A stretch of 64,000 nt of DNA from Bacillota bacterium (GTDB taxonomy: Bacteria > Bacillota > Clostridia > Christensenellales > CAG-138), in the NCBI GenBank assembly GCA_016282255.1, contig JAEEKE010000026.1, positions 19,990 through 83,989 on the forward strand, in the 5' to 3' direction. The notes under the pieces are model-generated. The model did not search any database. It was not told the origin of the DNA and was given only the letters and a program-made list of their open reading frames with translations. A program made the position numbers and the translations under genes. Position 1 is the stretch's first letter. Every line of letters begins with the position of its first letter. This document shows, piece after piece, positions 36,520 through 46,075 of this stretch.

Positions 36520-37035
36520 ATGAATAATAAGAATAACGGATACCATATGGGTCTTTCGGTTTTGAGCGCTTTGGTCTGCATGGCGCTCGCTGTATGTTTT
36601 ACAGCTGTATTTTTCACGGCATGCGGCCAAAAGACCGGGAAGCTGAACGACACCGCCTCCATTTTCGATTACATGATCGAAAACGGCAGTTTTCCGAAGC
36701 TCACCGAGGTCGACGAGGATACCGCCGCCGAAATCTACGGCATCATGACGGATAAGCTCGCTTCGTTCAGGTTCGCTATATCGGAGGACCGTCTGCTTGC
36801 GGATGAGGCCGCCGTCTTTGAGCTTGCCGATGAAGCTTATGCTGCGGACCTTATAAGGGTGCTTGAATCCAATATCGCGGCTGCGGCGCGTGCGGCGAAG
36901 AATTACAGTCCCGAGCAGTATGCGATACTGACCAAGACCGTAGTTTCGCAAAAGGGACGCTTCGTTTTCTATATCGTGAATGAGGATTCGGCCTCGCTGA
37001 CTGCAAAGGTAAAGGCGGCTATTTCCGGCGACTGA
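36520..37035 (+). CDS. Lipoprotein, DUF4358-like (paralog 1)
   Basis: GGGGGA RBS, lipobox FFTAC, about 150 aa mature. Alignable by eye with the 38287 gene (PKLTEVDEDTAAEIYGI vs PELAAVPERDLAEVYGI; SPEQYA vs TPQQYA). Confidence 0.65.
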   Translation: MNNKNNGYHMGLSVLSALVCMALAVCFTAVFFTACGQKTGKLNDTASIFDYMIENGSFPKLTEVDEDTAAEIYGIMTDKLASFRFAISEDRLLADEAAVFELADEAYAADLIRVLESNIAAAARAAKNYSPEQYAILTKTVVSQKGRFVFYIVNEDSASLTAKVKAAISGD

Positions 37036-37068
37036 CGCTTCAAAGAGGGTTTGGGGCGCACCCAGGAT

Positions 37069-37097
37069 TTGACATAAGCTTTCCGGTATGTTAAAAT
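37069..37097 (+). promoter_or_regulatory. Putative promoter upstream of the SGNH lipoprotein gene
   Basis: TTGACA, a 17-nt spacer, then TAAAAT. Confidence 0.5.
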
Positions 37098-37190
37098 AAT
37101 TGTTTGACAGTGGGCACGCGCAGATTCAGAAGATGCGCTCCGTATGTCGAAATAACCCTGTGACCGATCGCACGGTCAAAAGAAAGAATT

Positions 37191-38225
37191 ATGAAACAGA
37201 GGATCTCCATCCGTTTATTTGCTTTTTCGATCGCTTTGGTTTTCGCGCTGGGATCGCTTGCCTGCGCGCACAAAGCCGATCCCTCGTCCGATCTGCCGGT
37301 CGTAACGATCTCCTCCGAAGAATATACGACGAATGCTCCCGTAAGCGAGCCGCCCGTTGAGCTTCCCACCGAGGCGCCGGCAACGGATATTCCGGAGACG
37401 GAAGCTCCCGAGACCGAGGAACCGGTTACCGAAGCTCCCACCGAAGCGCCGACAGAACCGCCCACCGCAGCGCCGACGCAGGCGCCGAACTACGTTTCGC
37501 TCGGAACGAGATCGATGCCCGCCCGCTTCACCATGCCGACAGATCTTTACGGCCTATCGCGCACAGAATGCGAACAGTTTTTCAGCGACGCGGTCTTCTG
37601 CGGGGATTCGATAACGAACGATTTCAGGCATTATCATTACATGATGCTGGAAAATGATCCGCAGTTCTTCGGCCAGACGCATTTCCTGTGCGAAGGCTCG
37701 TACGGCGTAGGTCACGCTTTCGATCCGATCTCGTCGACCAGCATGCATCCGATCTATGCGGGTGAGCAGCATTATCTCTGGGATTCCATTCACCTTATGG
37801 GTGCGAGGAAGGTCTTCATTCTGTTCGGGCTCAACGATATCGCCATCTACGGTGTCGACGGAACGGCCGAGAGATTCGAACAGCTGACCGACAGGATCCT
37901 TGAGGTCAATCCCGGCGTAAAGATATACATCATCAGCACCATGTATATGTATCATCTTGCCTCGCCGCGCCCGAAGCTCAACAATCCCAACATCTACCTT
38001 CTCAATCAAAAGCTTGTCGATCTCTGCAACCGCAAGGGCTATCAGTTCCTGAATATCGCAAGCCACCTGATCGATGAGAACGGGTACGTGCCGGATCGTT
38101 ACAGCTCCGACCAATACGTCCACCAGACCTATGCGGCTTACGACGTATGGGCCGATATATTAAGGAGCCTTGCCGCAAGGGAGATCCTCGGCAAGCCGCC
38201 CGTCGTCTTCTCGCTGCCGCAGTAA
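37191..38225 (+). CDS. SGNH/GDSL-type hydrolase or acyltransferase lipoprotein with P/E/T-rich linker
   Basis: Lipobox GSLAC. Linker with repeated EAPTE/TEAP. SGNH blocks FCGDSITNDF (I), LFGLNDI (III) and DQYVH (V). Confidence 0.7.
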   Translation: MKQRISIRLFAFSIALVFALGSLACAHKADPSSDLPVVTISSEEYTTNAPVSEPPVELPTEAPATDIPETEAPETEEPVTEAPTEAPTEPPTAAPTQAPNYVSLGTRSMPARFTMPTDLYGLSRTECEQFFSDAVFCGDSITNDFRHYHYMMLENDPQFFGQTHFLCEGSYGVGHAFDPISSTSMHPIYAGEQHYLWDSIHLMGARKVFILFGLNDIAIYGVDGTAERFEQLTDRILEVNPGVKIYIISTMYMYHLASPRPKLNNPNIYLLNQKLVDLCNRKGYQFLNIASHLIDENGYVPDRYSSDQYVHQTYAAYDVWADILRSLAAREILGKPPVVFSLPQ

Positions 38226-38286
38226 CGGCGGGGGAGAGGACTTCTTTCCGACAGATAGTTTATCATATAAACAGGGGGAAAACAGA

Positions 38287-38787
38287 ATGAAAAAGACCAA
38301 TTCCGCCAGACTGATCGCCGCGATAATGGCCATAGCGGCGATCCTTGCCCTATTCACCGCCGCATGCGGGAAACCTTCCGAGCCCAAGCCCGTGGAGAAC
38401 GTAAACGTCAACTCCGTTTTCGATCTGCTCAACGAGAGCGGCCTGCTTCCCGAGCTTGCCGCCGTGCCCGAGCGCGACCTCGCCGAAGTCTACGGCATCG
38501 ACGCTTCAAAGCTCAAGCAGTGGGTGTTTGCTATGTCGTCGAATTACGCAAACGATGCGGGCGAGGTAGCCATCTTCGAAGCCAACGATCAGGAGTATGT
38601 TTCCGAGCTTGCACAGAAGCTCCAGAACCATCTTGACAGGATCAAGGCTGTCTCCAAGGATTACACCCCGCAGCAGTACGCCAAGGTGGAACCCGCCGAA
38701 GTCAAGACCGTCGGCAGCTTCGTCTATATGGTAGTAGGCGAGGATTACGATGCTCTTATGAAGATCATGAAGGACAACATCGGTTAA
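38287..38787 (+). CDS. Lipoprotein, DUF4358-like (paralog 2)
   Basis: GGGGGA RBS, lipobox FTAAC. The stop overlaps the MBOAT start (TAATG). Confidence 0.65.
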   Translation: MKKTNSARLIAAIMAIAAILALFTAACGKPSEPKPVENVNVNSVFDLLNESGLLPELAAVPERDLAEVYGIDASKLKQWVFAMSSNYANDAGEVAIFEANDQEYVSELAQKLQNHLDRIKAVSKDYTPQQYAKVEPAEVKTVGSFVYMVVGEDYDALMKIMKDNIG

Positions 38788-40193
38788 TGGTTTTTTCAAG
38801 CCCGCTGTTCATATTCCTATATCTTGCGATCACACTGGCGCTGTATTATCTGGCGCCTAATCGCGTTTACAGGAACGTCGTGCTCTGCCTGCTCAGTCTC
38901 ATATTCTATGGCTGGGGCGAACCGGTATTCGTTCTTTTGATGATCTTCTCGATCCTGATGAACTATACCGCCGGTATGCTCGTCGGGAAATGGCACGATG
39001 ATAAAAAGAAGAGCAGAACGGTCCTTATCGTCGCCGTATCGATCAACCTGCTCCTGCTCGCGATATTCAAATACACCGGGCTCTTCGTCGATACCCTCAA
39101 AAATATCTTCCCGTTCCTGCGCTCCTTCGATACGCCTGTGATCCCGCTGCCGATCGGCATTTCGTTCTATACCTTCCAGGCGATGAGCTATGTGATCGAC
39201 GTCTACCGCCGCGAGACCGCTGTCCAGAGGAATCCCGTCTATTTCGGCACCTACGTTTCGCTCTTCCCGCAGCTTATCGCGGGACCGATAGTCAGGTATA
39301 AGGACGTTGCCGACCAGATAAACGGCAGGCATGAGAGCGTTTCGCAGTTCGCATCGGGTGTTAAGCTGTTCAGCGTGGGCCTTGCAAAGAAGGTGCTGAT
39401 CGCAAATCAGCTCGCCGCGCTCTGGGAGGTGCTCAAAGCCGGCTACGCGACCAACGGCGTGCTCGCCTCGTGGGTGGGCATAATCGCGTTCAGCTTCCAG
39501 ATCTATTTCGATTTCAGCGGTTATTCCGAGATGGCGATAGGCTTGGGCAGGATGTTCGGGTTCGAGTTCCTCAAGAACTTCGATTATCCCTATATCTCGC
39601 TCAGCATCAGCGAATTCTGGCGCAGATGGCATATTTCGCTGAGCACCTGGTTCAAGCAATACGTCTATTTCCCGCTCGGCGGCAGCCGCAAGGGCATCTG
39701 GCGCACGCTGCTCAACACCTTCATCGTCTGGGGCCTGACGGGCCTGTGGCATGGCGCAAGCTGGAACTTCGCGCTGTGGGGGCTGTATTTCGGCATTCTT
39801 ATCACCATTGAAAAACTCTTCCTCGGAAAGTTTATCGAAAAGCTTCCCAAGGTCGTCGCGAACCTTTATATGTTCGTGCTCGTGGTGCTCGGCTGGGCGC
39901 TGTTCGATTTCACGGATATGAAGCAGCTCGGGCCGTTCCTCGCGTCCCTATTCAACGGCGGTAGCGCTGGCCTCATCACGCACGACGCCTGGGTCTATAT
40001 CCTTGCGTATCTGCCCATCCTCATTGCGGCGTTCATCGGCTCCGGGCCGCTGCTTAAAAAGCTGCATGATAAGTACTTTAAGCAGCCGTGGGGCGAATGG
40101 GCGGATATCGCGCTCGTGCTCGCTTCGCTCGTGCTGTGCACCGCGTCGCTCGTTTCGAGCGGCTACAATCCGTTCATTTATTTCAGATTCTGA
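38787..40193 (+). CDS. MBOAT family O-acyltransferase (AlgI/DltB/PatA-like)
   Basis: N-terminus FSSPLFIFLYL, signature FWRRWHISLSTWFKQYVYFPLGGSR with the catalytic His. Polytopic, 468 aa. Confidence 0.9.
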   Translation: MVFSSPLFIFLYLAITLALYYLAPNRVYRNVVLCLLSLIFYGWGEPVFVLLMIFSILMNYTAGMLVGKWHDDKKKSRTVLIVAVSINLLLLAIFKYTGLFVDTLKNIFPFLRSFDTPVIPLPIGISFYTFQAMSYVIDVYRRETAVQRNPVYFGTYVSLFPQLIAGPIVRYKDVADQINGRHESVSQFASGVKLFSVGLAKKVLIANQLAALWEVLKAGYATNGVLASWVGIIAFSFQIYFDFSGYSEMAIGLGRMFGFEFLKNFDYPYISLSISEFWRRWHISLSTWFKQYVYFPLGGSRKGIWRTLLNTFIVWGLTGLWHGASWNFALWGLYFGILITIEKLFLGKFIEKLPKVVANLYMFVLVVLGWALFDFTDMKQLGPFLASLFNGGSAGLITHDAWVYILAYLPILIAAFIGSGPLLKKLHDKYFKQPWGEWADIALVLASLVLCTASLVSSGYNPFIYFRF

Positions 40194-40207
40194 TAAACAG
40201 CGCATCC

Positions 40208-40243
40208 GCCCTCGCCTGAGTACCCGGCGAGGGTGTTTTCTTT
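40208..40243 (+). terminator. Rho-independent terminator after the MBOAT gene
   Basis: CCCTCGCC tgagtaccc GGCGAGGG TGTTTTCTTTT. Confidence 0.75.
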
Positions 40244-40297
40244 TGCCGAGAGAGGCAAATCTAATTACAAATAAGCATAAAAACAGTTAGAATCATC

Positions 40298-40326
40298 TTG
40301 AAAAACTGTTTTATCTATGATATAAT
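40298..40326 (+). promoter_or_regulatory. Putative promoter of deoD, with an overlapping 9-bp hairpin
   Basis: TTGAAA, a 17-nt spacer, then TATAAT. The -35 hexamer lies inside the inverted repeat AAAACAGTT ... AACTGTTTT (40279-40311). Confidence 0.55.
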
Positions 40327-40361
40327 TATATGCGTAATACTAATATGAGAGAGGTATGAAT

Positions 40362-41072
40362 ATGAGTCCTATCCCCACTCCGCATATTTCCGCAAAGCTC
40401 GGCGACTTTGCCGAGACCGTTCTCATGCCCGGCGACCCCAAGAGGGCTAAGTTCATCGCCGAGACCTATCTGACCGACGCCGTGCTGGTGAACGACGTGC
40501 GCGGCATTCAGGGCTACACCGGCTTCTACAAGGGCAAGAGGGTATCCGTGATGGCGAGCGGCATGGGCATACCGTCGATCGGCATCTATTCATATGAGCT
40601 GTTCAATTTCTACGGCGTTGAGAATATCATCAGGATCGGTTCGGCAGGGGCCATACATCCCGACCTCAGGCTGCGCGATATCGTCATCTCCCAGGGCGCG
40701 TGCACCAATTCGCATTTCGTGGATCAATACGGTCTGCCTGGTTCATACGCTCCTATATCGAGCTATAAGCTCCTCAAAAAGGCCGTCGATCAGGCCGAGA
40801 AGATGGGCGTGCGCTACATGGTGGGCAATATCCTTTCTTCGGATACTTTTTATGATGATTCCTCGAGTCTTGCCGCATGGCAGAAGATGGGCGTGCTCGC
40901 CGTTGAGATGGAGAGCGCCGGCCTTTACTGCAACGCCGCGCGCGCAGGCAAAAATGCCCTTTGCATCTGCACTATTTCCGACTGCCCGTTCGTTCCCGGT
41001 CAGGAATGCACCGCTCAGGAGCGGCAGGAGTCGTTCACGAAAATGATGGAGATCGCGCTCGAGATCGCATAG
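40362..41072 (+). CDS. deoD: Purine-nucleoside phosphorylase, DeoD type
   Basis: [29 protein letters not shown] parallels E. coli DeoD. ATG 40362 has better RBS spacing than 40356. Confidence 0.9.
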   Translation: MSPIPTPHISAKLGDFAETVLMPGDPKRAKFIAETYLTDAVLVNDVRGIQGYTGFYKGKRVSVMASGMGIPSIGIYSYELFNFYGVENIIRIGSAGAIHPDLRLRDIVISQGACTNSHFVDQYGLPGSYAPISSYKLLKKAVDQAEKMGVRYMVGNILSSDTFYDDSSSLAAWQKMGVLAVEMESAGLYCNAARAGKNALCICTISDCPFVPGQECTAQERQESFTKMMEIALEIA

Positions 41073-41118
41073 CGCTCGAGCAAAAGTCCGCATCGTTATA
41101 AACCGTCAAGGAGGCTAT

Positions 41119-41589
41119 ATGTTTTCGATCGGAGATACCGTCTGCTATCCGCTGCACGGCGTCGGGAAAATTGAATCGATAGAGGAACAGCGCGTGCTGG
41201 ATCGAACCGCGGTCTATTACGTCATCAGGCTTGCGAACACAAGGATGACCGCGTCGATCCCCGTAGACAACGCCGAAGCTGTCGGCCTCAGAAACATCAT
41301 ATCCGCCTCCGAATGCAGTGAACTCAAAACCTACTACAAGACCGCAAGACCCGAGATAGGCGATTCGAACTGGAACCAGCGCTACCGCGACAATATGGAG
41401 AAGCTCAGAAAGGGAGACCCGCACAGCGTGATAGACGTCATACTGTGTCTGACCAAGCGCAACACTATGCGCACGCTTTCTTCCGGCGAAAGGAAGATGC
41501 TTTCCAACGCAAGGTCCATACTCGCTTCGGAGATCGCCGCGGCCACGGGCAGGGAACAGAGCGAAGTCGAAAAAAGCTTCTTTGCATAA
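41119..41589 (+). CDS. carD: CarD/CdnL family transcriptional regulator
   Basis: AGGAGG RBS. N-terminal Tudor-like motif FSIGDTVCYPLHGVGKIESIEE. Confidence 0.85.
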   Translation: MFSIGDTVCYPLHGVGKIESIEEQRVLDRTAVYYVIRLANTRMTASIPVDNAEAVGLRNIISASECSELKTYYKTARPEIGDSNWNQRYRDNMEKLRKGDPHSVIDVILCLTKRNTMRTLSSGERKMLSNARSILASEIAAATGREQSEVEKSFFA

Positions 41590-41628
41590 CTCGCCGGGCT
41601 GCTGCTTAGGATTTGATTCGGCACGGAG

Positions 41629-42717
41629 GTGCATTTGGGCAAAAGAATAGTCAGAGTCATAGTAACGTTACTGTTTGCCGCAATAGGCATCAGCATAGCA
41701 AAGCTGGTACTCGAAAGCAGGATCGTTTCATCCCTTGGCACTGAAACGATGATCTGGCTCCCCGCAGTCCTCTACGTTTCGGGAGCTGTCGTTTTCGGGA
41801 TAATCGGCTTTCTTCTTATGCCCAGGCTCGCGGCGGCGTACCGTTTCGTGATCTCGTACTTCATGCGCATATTCGGCGACATGCCGCTATCGAAGATCTT
41901 CGTCGGCGTCATCGGTCTGCTGATCGGTCTCGTTATAGCATATCTTTTAAGCTATCTTCCGCTCAAGATCCAGCCGCAGTTTATCGGCATCATCCTTTGC
42001 GTGCTGATGTATCTCATGTTCGGCACGCTCGGCTGGCTCATACCGACGCGAAGGATCAGGGAGATCCAGCTCCCGGGCTGGTTCAAGAACTCCGAAAGGA
42101 GCTCAAGGACCTCCGCCGTGGCCAAACTGCTCGACACCTCCGCTATCATCGACGGCCGCTTCTTCGACGTTTATAAGACCGGCATCGTCGAGGGTACGGT
42201 CATCGTACCGAAGTTCGTGCTCGACGAGCTTAGGCAGATCGCCGACAGTGCCGATCCGCTGAAAAGAGCGCGTGGGAGGAGGGGCCTCGATCTTCTGACG
42301 GAGGCCGAGCAGAATTCCGGGCAGGCCATCGTCACAATCGACAAGGACTATCCTGAGCTTGAAGACGTCGATGTAAAGCTCATGCGCCTTGCGAGCGAAA
42401 GGCATGCCTGCATAGTCACGAACGACTACAACCTCAATAAAGCCGCGTCGGTCAACCATATCCAGGTATTCAATATAAACGACCTTGCGAATGCGCTCCG
42501 CACCAACGTGACCGCCGGGGAGGACGTGATCGTCACCATCGTCAAGGAGGGCCGCGAGGCCGCTCAGGGCGTCGCGTATTTCGACGACGGGACTATGATC
42601 GTCGTTGAGGGCGGCCGCCCGTTCATCGGAAAGAGCATCGAGGCGACGGTGACGAGCGTGCTTCAGACCTCTGCGGGAAAGATGGTATTCGCAAAGCTGA
42701 AGGACAACGATCAATAA
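41629..42717 (+). CDS. yacL: PIN/TRAM domain membrane protein (YacL-like)
   Basis: Four N-terminal TM helices, a PIN domain (LLDTSAIIDGR...VLDELRQIADS) and a C-terminal TRAM-like beta domain. It follows carD as in other Firmicutes. Confidence 0.8.
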   Translation: MHLGKRIVRVIVTLLFAAIGISIAKLVLESRIVSSLGTETMIWLPAVLYVSGAVVFGIIGFLLMPRLAAAYRFVISYFMRIFGDMPLSKIFVGVIGLLIGLVIAYLLSYLPLKIQPQFIGIILCVLMYLMFGTLGWLIPTRRIREIQLPGWFKNSERSSRTSAVAKLLDTSAIIDGRFFDVYKTGIVEGTVIVPKFVLDELRQIADSADPLKRARGRRGLDLLTEAEQNSGQAIVTIDKDYPELEDVDVKLMRLASERHACIVTNDYNLNKAASVNHIQVFNINDLANALRTNVTAGEDVIVTIVKEGREAAQGVAYFDDGTMIVVEGGRPFIGKSIEATVTSVLQTSAGKMVFAKLKDNDQ

Positions 42718-42731
42718 CGAGCAGATAATAT

Positions 42732-42761
42732 GACAAGCGGCCCGTATAAAGGCCGCTTGTC
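42732..42761. terminator. Hairpin between convergent yacL and cobB
   Basis: GACAAGCGGCC cgtataaa GGCCGCTTGTC, a perfect 11-bp stem with weak T-tracts. Confidence 0.55.
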
Positions 42762-42782
42762 TGTTCATGCTCTTTTGTTCTT

Positions 42783-43523
42783 TCAGTCCTTCTTCAGTAC
42801 AGCTTCATAAAGCACTTCGCCGATCGAATCGTTTATCACGAGATCAGCATAATTATCGTAAGGCGTCGAGCTCTTGTTTATGAGCACGAGACGGTCTCCG
42901 TTATAGTAATGTATCAGTCCGGCAGCGGGGTAGACCTGCAGCGAAGTGCCGCCGACGATCAGCATATCAGCCCGCATGATCTGCGTGCACGCGCCGTTCA
43001 GGCAGTCGGAATCGAGCGACTCCTCATACAGCACGACGTCGGGCTTTATCATGCCTCCGCAGGGGCAGTAGGGCACGCCGTCGCTCTTCTGAACGTACTC
43101 CGCATCGAAGAAACGCCCGCATTTCATGCAGTGGTTCCTAAGGATGGAGCCGTGCAGCTCATAGACGTTCCTGCTGCCGGCGGCGGTATGGAGACCGTCG
43201 ATATTCTGGGTAATGACCGCCGTAAGCTTGCCCTGCCTTTCAAGCTCGGCAAGCGCAAGATGCGCGTTGTTCGGCTTGGCGTCCGTGCTCATCAGGAGTG
43301 TTTTATAATACTTATAGAACACCTCCGGCCTATGCATAAAGAAGGAATGCGAAAGCAGCTCCTCCGGCGGATAGCCGAATTCACTGATCGCTTTGAAGAT
43401 GCCGTTGTCGCTGCGGAAATCCGGGATGCCGCTTTCGACCGAAACGCCGGCGCCGCCTAAGAAGACTATTCGGCGGCTCTCTTGGATCATTTGTTTAAGC
43501 TTTAAGATCGCAATATCGTTCAT
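42783..43523 (-). CDS. cobB: NAD-dependent protein deacylase (class U/III sirtuin, CobB-like)
   Basis: AGGAG RBS at ATG 43523. Motifs GAGVSVESGIPDFRS, TQNIDGLH and the Zn ribbon CMKCG...CPCGG. Confidence 0.9.
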   Translation of the reverse strand: MNDIAILKLKQMIQESRRIVFLGGAGVSVESGIPDFRSDNGIFKAISEFGYPPEELLSHSFFMHRPEVFYKYYKTLLMSTDAKPNNAHLALAELERQGKLTAVITQNIDGLHTAAGSRNVYELHGSILRNHCMKCGRFFDAEYVQKSDGVPYCPCGGMIKPDVVLYEESLDSDCLNGACTQIMRADMLIVGGTSLQVYPAAGLIHYYNGDRLVLINKSSTPYDNYADLVINDSIGEVLYEAVLKKD

Positions 43524-43635
43524 GGCGGAACTCCTTTCAGAAAGCATTGATTCACATATGCATTATAGCATTTTCTAAAGGATTTTTGAACCACCAAAAC
43601 TTAATTCGAATAAGGAGAAAAACCTAATATATAGT

Positions 43636-43664
43636 TTGACATAACTATTCGTCGGGACTATAAT
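43636..43664 (+). promoter_or_regulatory. Consensus sigma-A promoter of the aminotransferase-tdh-kbl cluster
   Basis: TTGACA, a 17-nt spacer, then TATAAT, both hexamers perfect. Confidence 0.6.
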
Positions 43665-43709
43665 TATCATGTTGGATCTGTTCAACAATTCGTTTCATGG
43701 GGGTATACT

Positions 43710-44984
43710 ATGAATCTCAAAGAAATGTCCCGCGAACAGCTTGAATCCTTCTACAAATCCACTCTTCAGGAATACGAAAACTGCAAAGCTCGGGGGCTGC
43801 ATCTCGACATGTCCAGGGGAAAGCCCGGTCGGGAGCAGCTTGATCTTTCTATGGATCTGCTCAATATGCACATCGATCCGAGCGAGACCAATATGGACGG
43901 CGTCGAAGCGCGCAACTACGGCGAGCTCATGGGCCTTCCCGCGGCAAGGCGGCTGTTTGCCGAGCTGCTCGGCGTTAAGTTCGAGCAGGTATTCGCAGGC
44001 GGCAGCGCAAGCCTTACCCTTATGTACGACCTTATCGCAAAGGCGTATACCCACGGCCTGCTCCATTCCGAGAAGCCCTGGAGCAAGCTCGATAAGGTAA
44101 AATTCCTTTGCCCCGCGCCCGGTTACGACAGGCATTTCACTATCTCCCAGTCCTTCGGCATGGAGATGATCACTATCCCGATGACCGAAGACGGCCCCGA
44201 TATGGATATGGTCGAGCAGCTCGTCACGGATAAGGACGTCAAGGGTATGTGGTGCGTACCCAAGTACAGCAACCCCAACGGCGTCATTTACAGCGACCGC
44301 ACCGTCGAGCGCATCGCGAACCTTAAACCCGCCGCTCCAGACTTTACCCTTATTTGGGATAACGCCTACTGCGTCCATGAGTTCGACGGCGATTTCGTGC
44401 CGTTCAAAAACATCCTCGAGGAATGCGAGAAGGCGGGTAACCCCGATATGGTCTTCGAATTTGCCTCGACCTCCAAGATCACCTTCCCCGGTGCGGGCAT
44501 CGCGTGCTTTGCATGCAGCACCGCGAATATGGACTACATGAAAAAGCTGCTGAACGCACAGGTCATCAGCTACGATAAGCTCAATCATCTGCGCCACGTG
44601 CTCTATTTCAAGAACGCGCAGGGCGTTATCGACCATATGAAGAAGCATGCCGCCGTGATGAAGCCCAAGTTCGATACCGTGCTTCGCTTCCTCGATACCG
44701 AGATAGCGCCTCTCGGCATCGCTTCGTGGCACAGGCCCAAGGGCGGTTATTTCGTGAGCCTGTACGTTATGAACGGCTGCGCAAAGCGAGTGCATGCACT
44801 CTGCAAGGACGCGGGCGTCGTAATGACCGGCGCGGGCGCTACCTATCCCTACAAGAACGACCCCAACGACAGCAATTTAAGGATCGCTCCCAGCTTCCCG
44901 CCGCTCGACGAGCTTGAAAAGGCGATGCAGGTACTCTGCGTCTGCATCAAGCTTGCCGCCGCCGAAAAGCTGCTCGGCATATAA
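43710..44984 (+). CDS. PLP-dependent aminotransferase (fold type I), substrate unknown
   Basis: 424 aa. DMSRGKPGREQLDL N-terminal pattern and the STSK lysine region (FEFASTSKITFPGAG). Confidence 0.75.
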   Translation: MNLKEMSREQLESFYKSTLQEYENCKARGLHLDMSRGKPGREQLDLSMDLLNMHIDPSETNMDGVEARNYGELMGLPAARRLFAELLGVKFEQVFAGGSASLTLMYDLIAKAYTHGLLHSEKPWSKLDKVKFLCPAPGYDRHFTISQSFGMEMITIPMTEDGPDMDMVEQLVTDKDVKGMWCVPKYSNPNGVIYSDRTVERIANLKPAAPDFTLIWDNAYCVHEFDGDFVPFKNILEECEKAGNPDMVFEFASTSKITFPGAGIACFACSTANMDYMKKLLNAQVISYDKLNHLRHVLYFKNAQGVIDHMKKHAAVMKPKFDTVLRFLDTEIAPLGIASWHRPKGGYFVSLYVMNGCAKRVHALCKDAGVVMTGAGATYPYKNDPNDSNLRIAPSFPPLDELEKAMQVLCVCIKLAAAEKLLGI

Positions 44985-45011
44985 TTCAAAAGTTTTTCGG
45001 AGGAAACAAAA

Positions 45012-46052
45012 ATGCAGAAAATGATGGACGCACTCGTTAAGACCGAAGCCGGCAAGGGCCTCGTGCTGATGCAGGTCCCCGTGCCCGAAGTACACACCGG
45101 CGAGGTCCTCATCAAGATCCACAAGACCGCGATATGCGGCACCGACGTGCATATCTACAACTGGGATCCCTGGAGCCAGACCCACGTCAAGCCCCCGCTT
45201 ACGATCGGGCATGAATACGTGGGCGAGGTCGCGGCGCTCGGCGACGGCGTGACCGGGCTTGAGATCGGTCAGCTTGTGTCGGGTGAAGGCCATATCACCT
45301 GCGGCCACTGCCGCAACTGCCGCAGCGGCAAGAGCCACCTCTGCGCTAAGACGCAGGGCGTCGGCGTTCAGAGGAACGGCGCGTTTGCGGAATATATCTG
45401 CATCCCCGCAAGGAACGTTATCCCCGTCACCTGGGATATCCCCGAGGACATCATCTCGTTCTTCGACGCCTACGGCAACGCGACCCACACCGCGCTTATG
45501 TTCGACGTTATCGGTGAGGACGTGCTCATCACCGGCGCCGGCCCCATCGGCATGATGGCCGCCGCCATCTGCAAGCACAACGGCGCGCGCAACGTCGTCG
45601 TGACCGACATCAACGACTATCGCCTCGGCCTTGCCAAGACCATGGGCGCCACCCGTGTAGTAAACACCATGAAGGAGAAGCTCGAGGACGCCATGGCCGA
45701 GCTCAAGATGACCGAGGGCTTCGACGTCGGTCTTGAAATGAGCGGCAGCGGCATCGCGCTCAATCAGATGATCTCCGTCATGCGCAACGCCGGCAAGGTC
45801 GCCCTGCTCGGTATCGCGAAGCCCGGCACCGCCGTCGACTGGAACGACGTCATCTTCAAGGGCTTGACGCTGCAGGGCATCTACGGCCGCCAGATGTTCG
45901 AGACCTGGTACAAGATGGGCGCCATGGTCGAGGCCGGCCTCGATCTCACTCCCATGATCACGCATCGCTTCAACTACCGCGATTTCGAAAAGGGATTTGA
46001 GGCAATGAACAGCGGCATGAGCGGCAAAGTCGTTCTTGACTGGACTAAATAA
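45012..46052 (+). CDS. tdh: L-threonine 3-dehydrogenase
   Basis: Zn-ADH motifs [18 protein letters not shown] and [13 protein letters not shown] fold [11 protein letters not shown]. It lies next to kbl. Confidence 0.9.
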   Translation: MQKMMDALVKTEAGKGLVLMQVPVPEVHTGEVLIKIHKTAICGTDVHIYNWDPWSQTHVKPPLTIGHEYVGEVAALGDGVTGLEIGQLVSGEGHITCGHCRNCRSGKSHLCAKTQGVGVQRNGAFAEYICIPARNVIPVTWDIPEDIISFFDAYGNATHTALMFDVIGEDVLITGAGPIGMMAAAICKHNGARNVVVTDINDYRLGLAKTMGATRVVNTMKEKLEDAMAELKMTEGFDVGLEMSGSGIALNQMISVMRNAGKVALLGIAKPGTAVDWNDVIFKGLTLQGIYGRQMFETWYKMGAMVEAGLDLTPMITHRFNYRDFEKGFEAMNSGMSGKVVLDWTK

Positions 46053-46075
46053 AACTTCAAAAGGAGATAAAACAA

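Noticed and set aside
42783-43523. Sir2-domain protein as a defence effector (Thoeris ThsA / DSR-like)
   Set aside because: It is a compact 246-aa canonical sirtuin with GAGxSxxxGIPDFRS, a Zn ribbon and no extra N- or C-terminal domain or partner genes. It fits housekeeping CobB.
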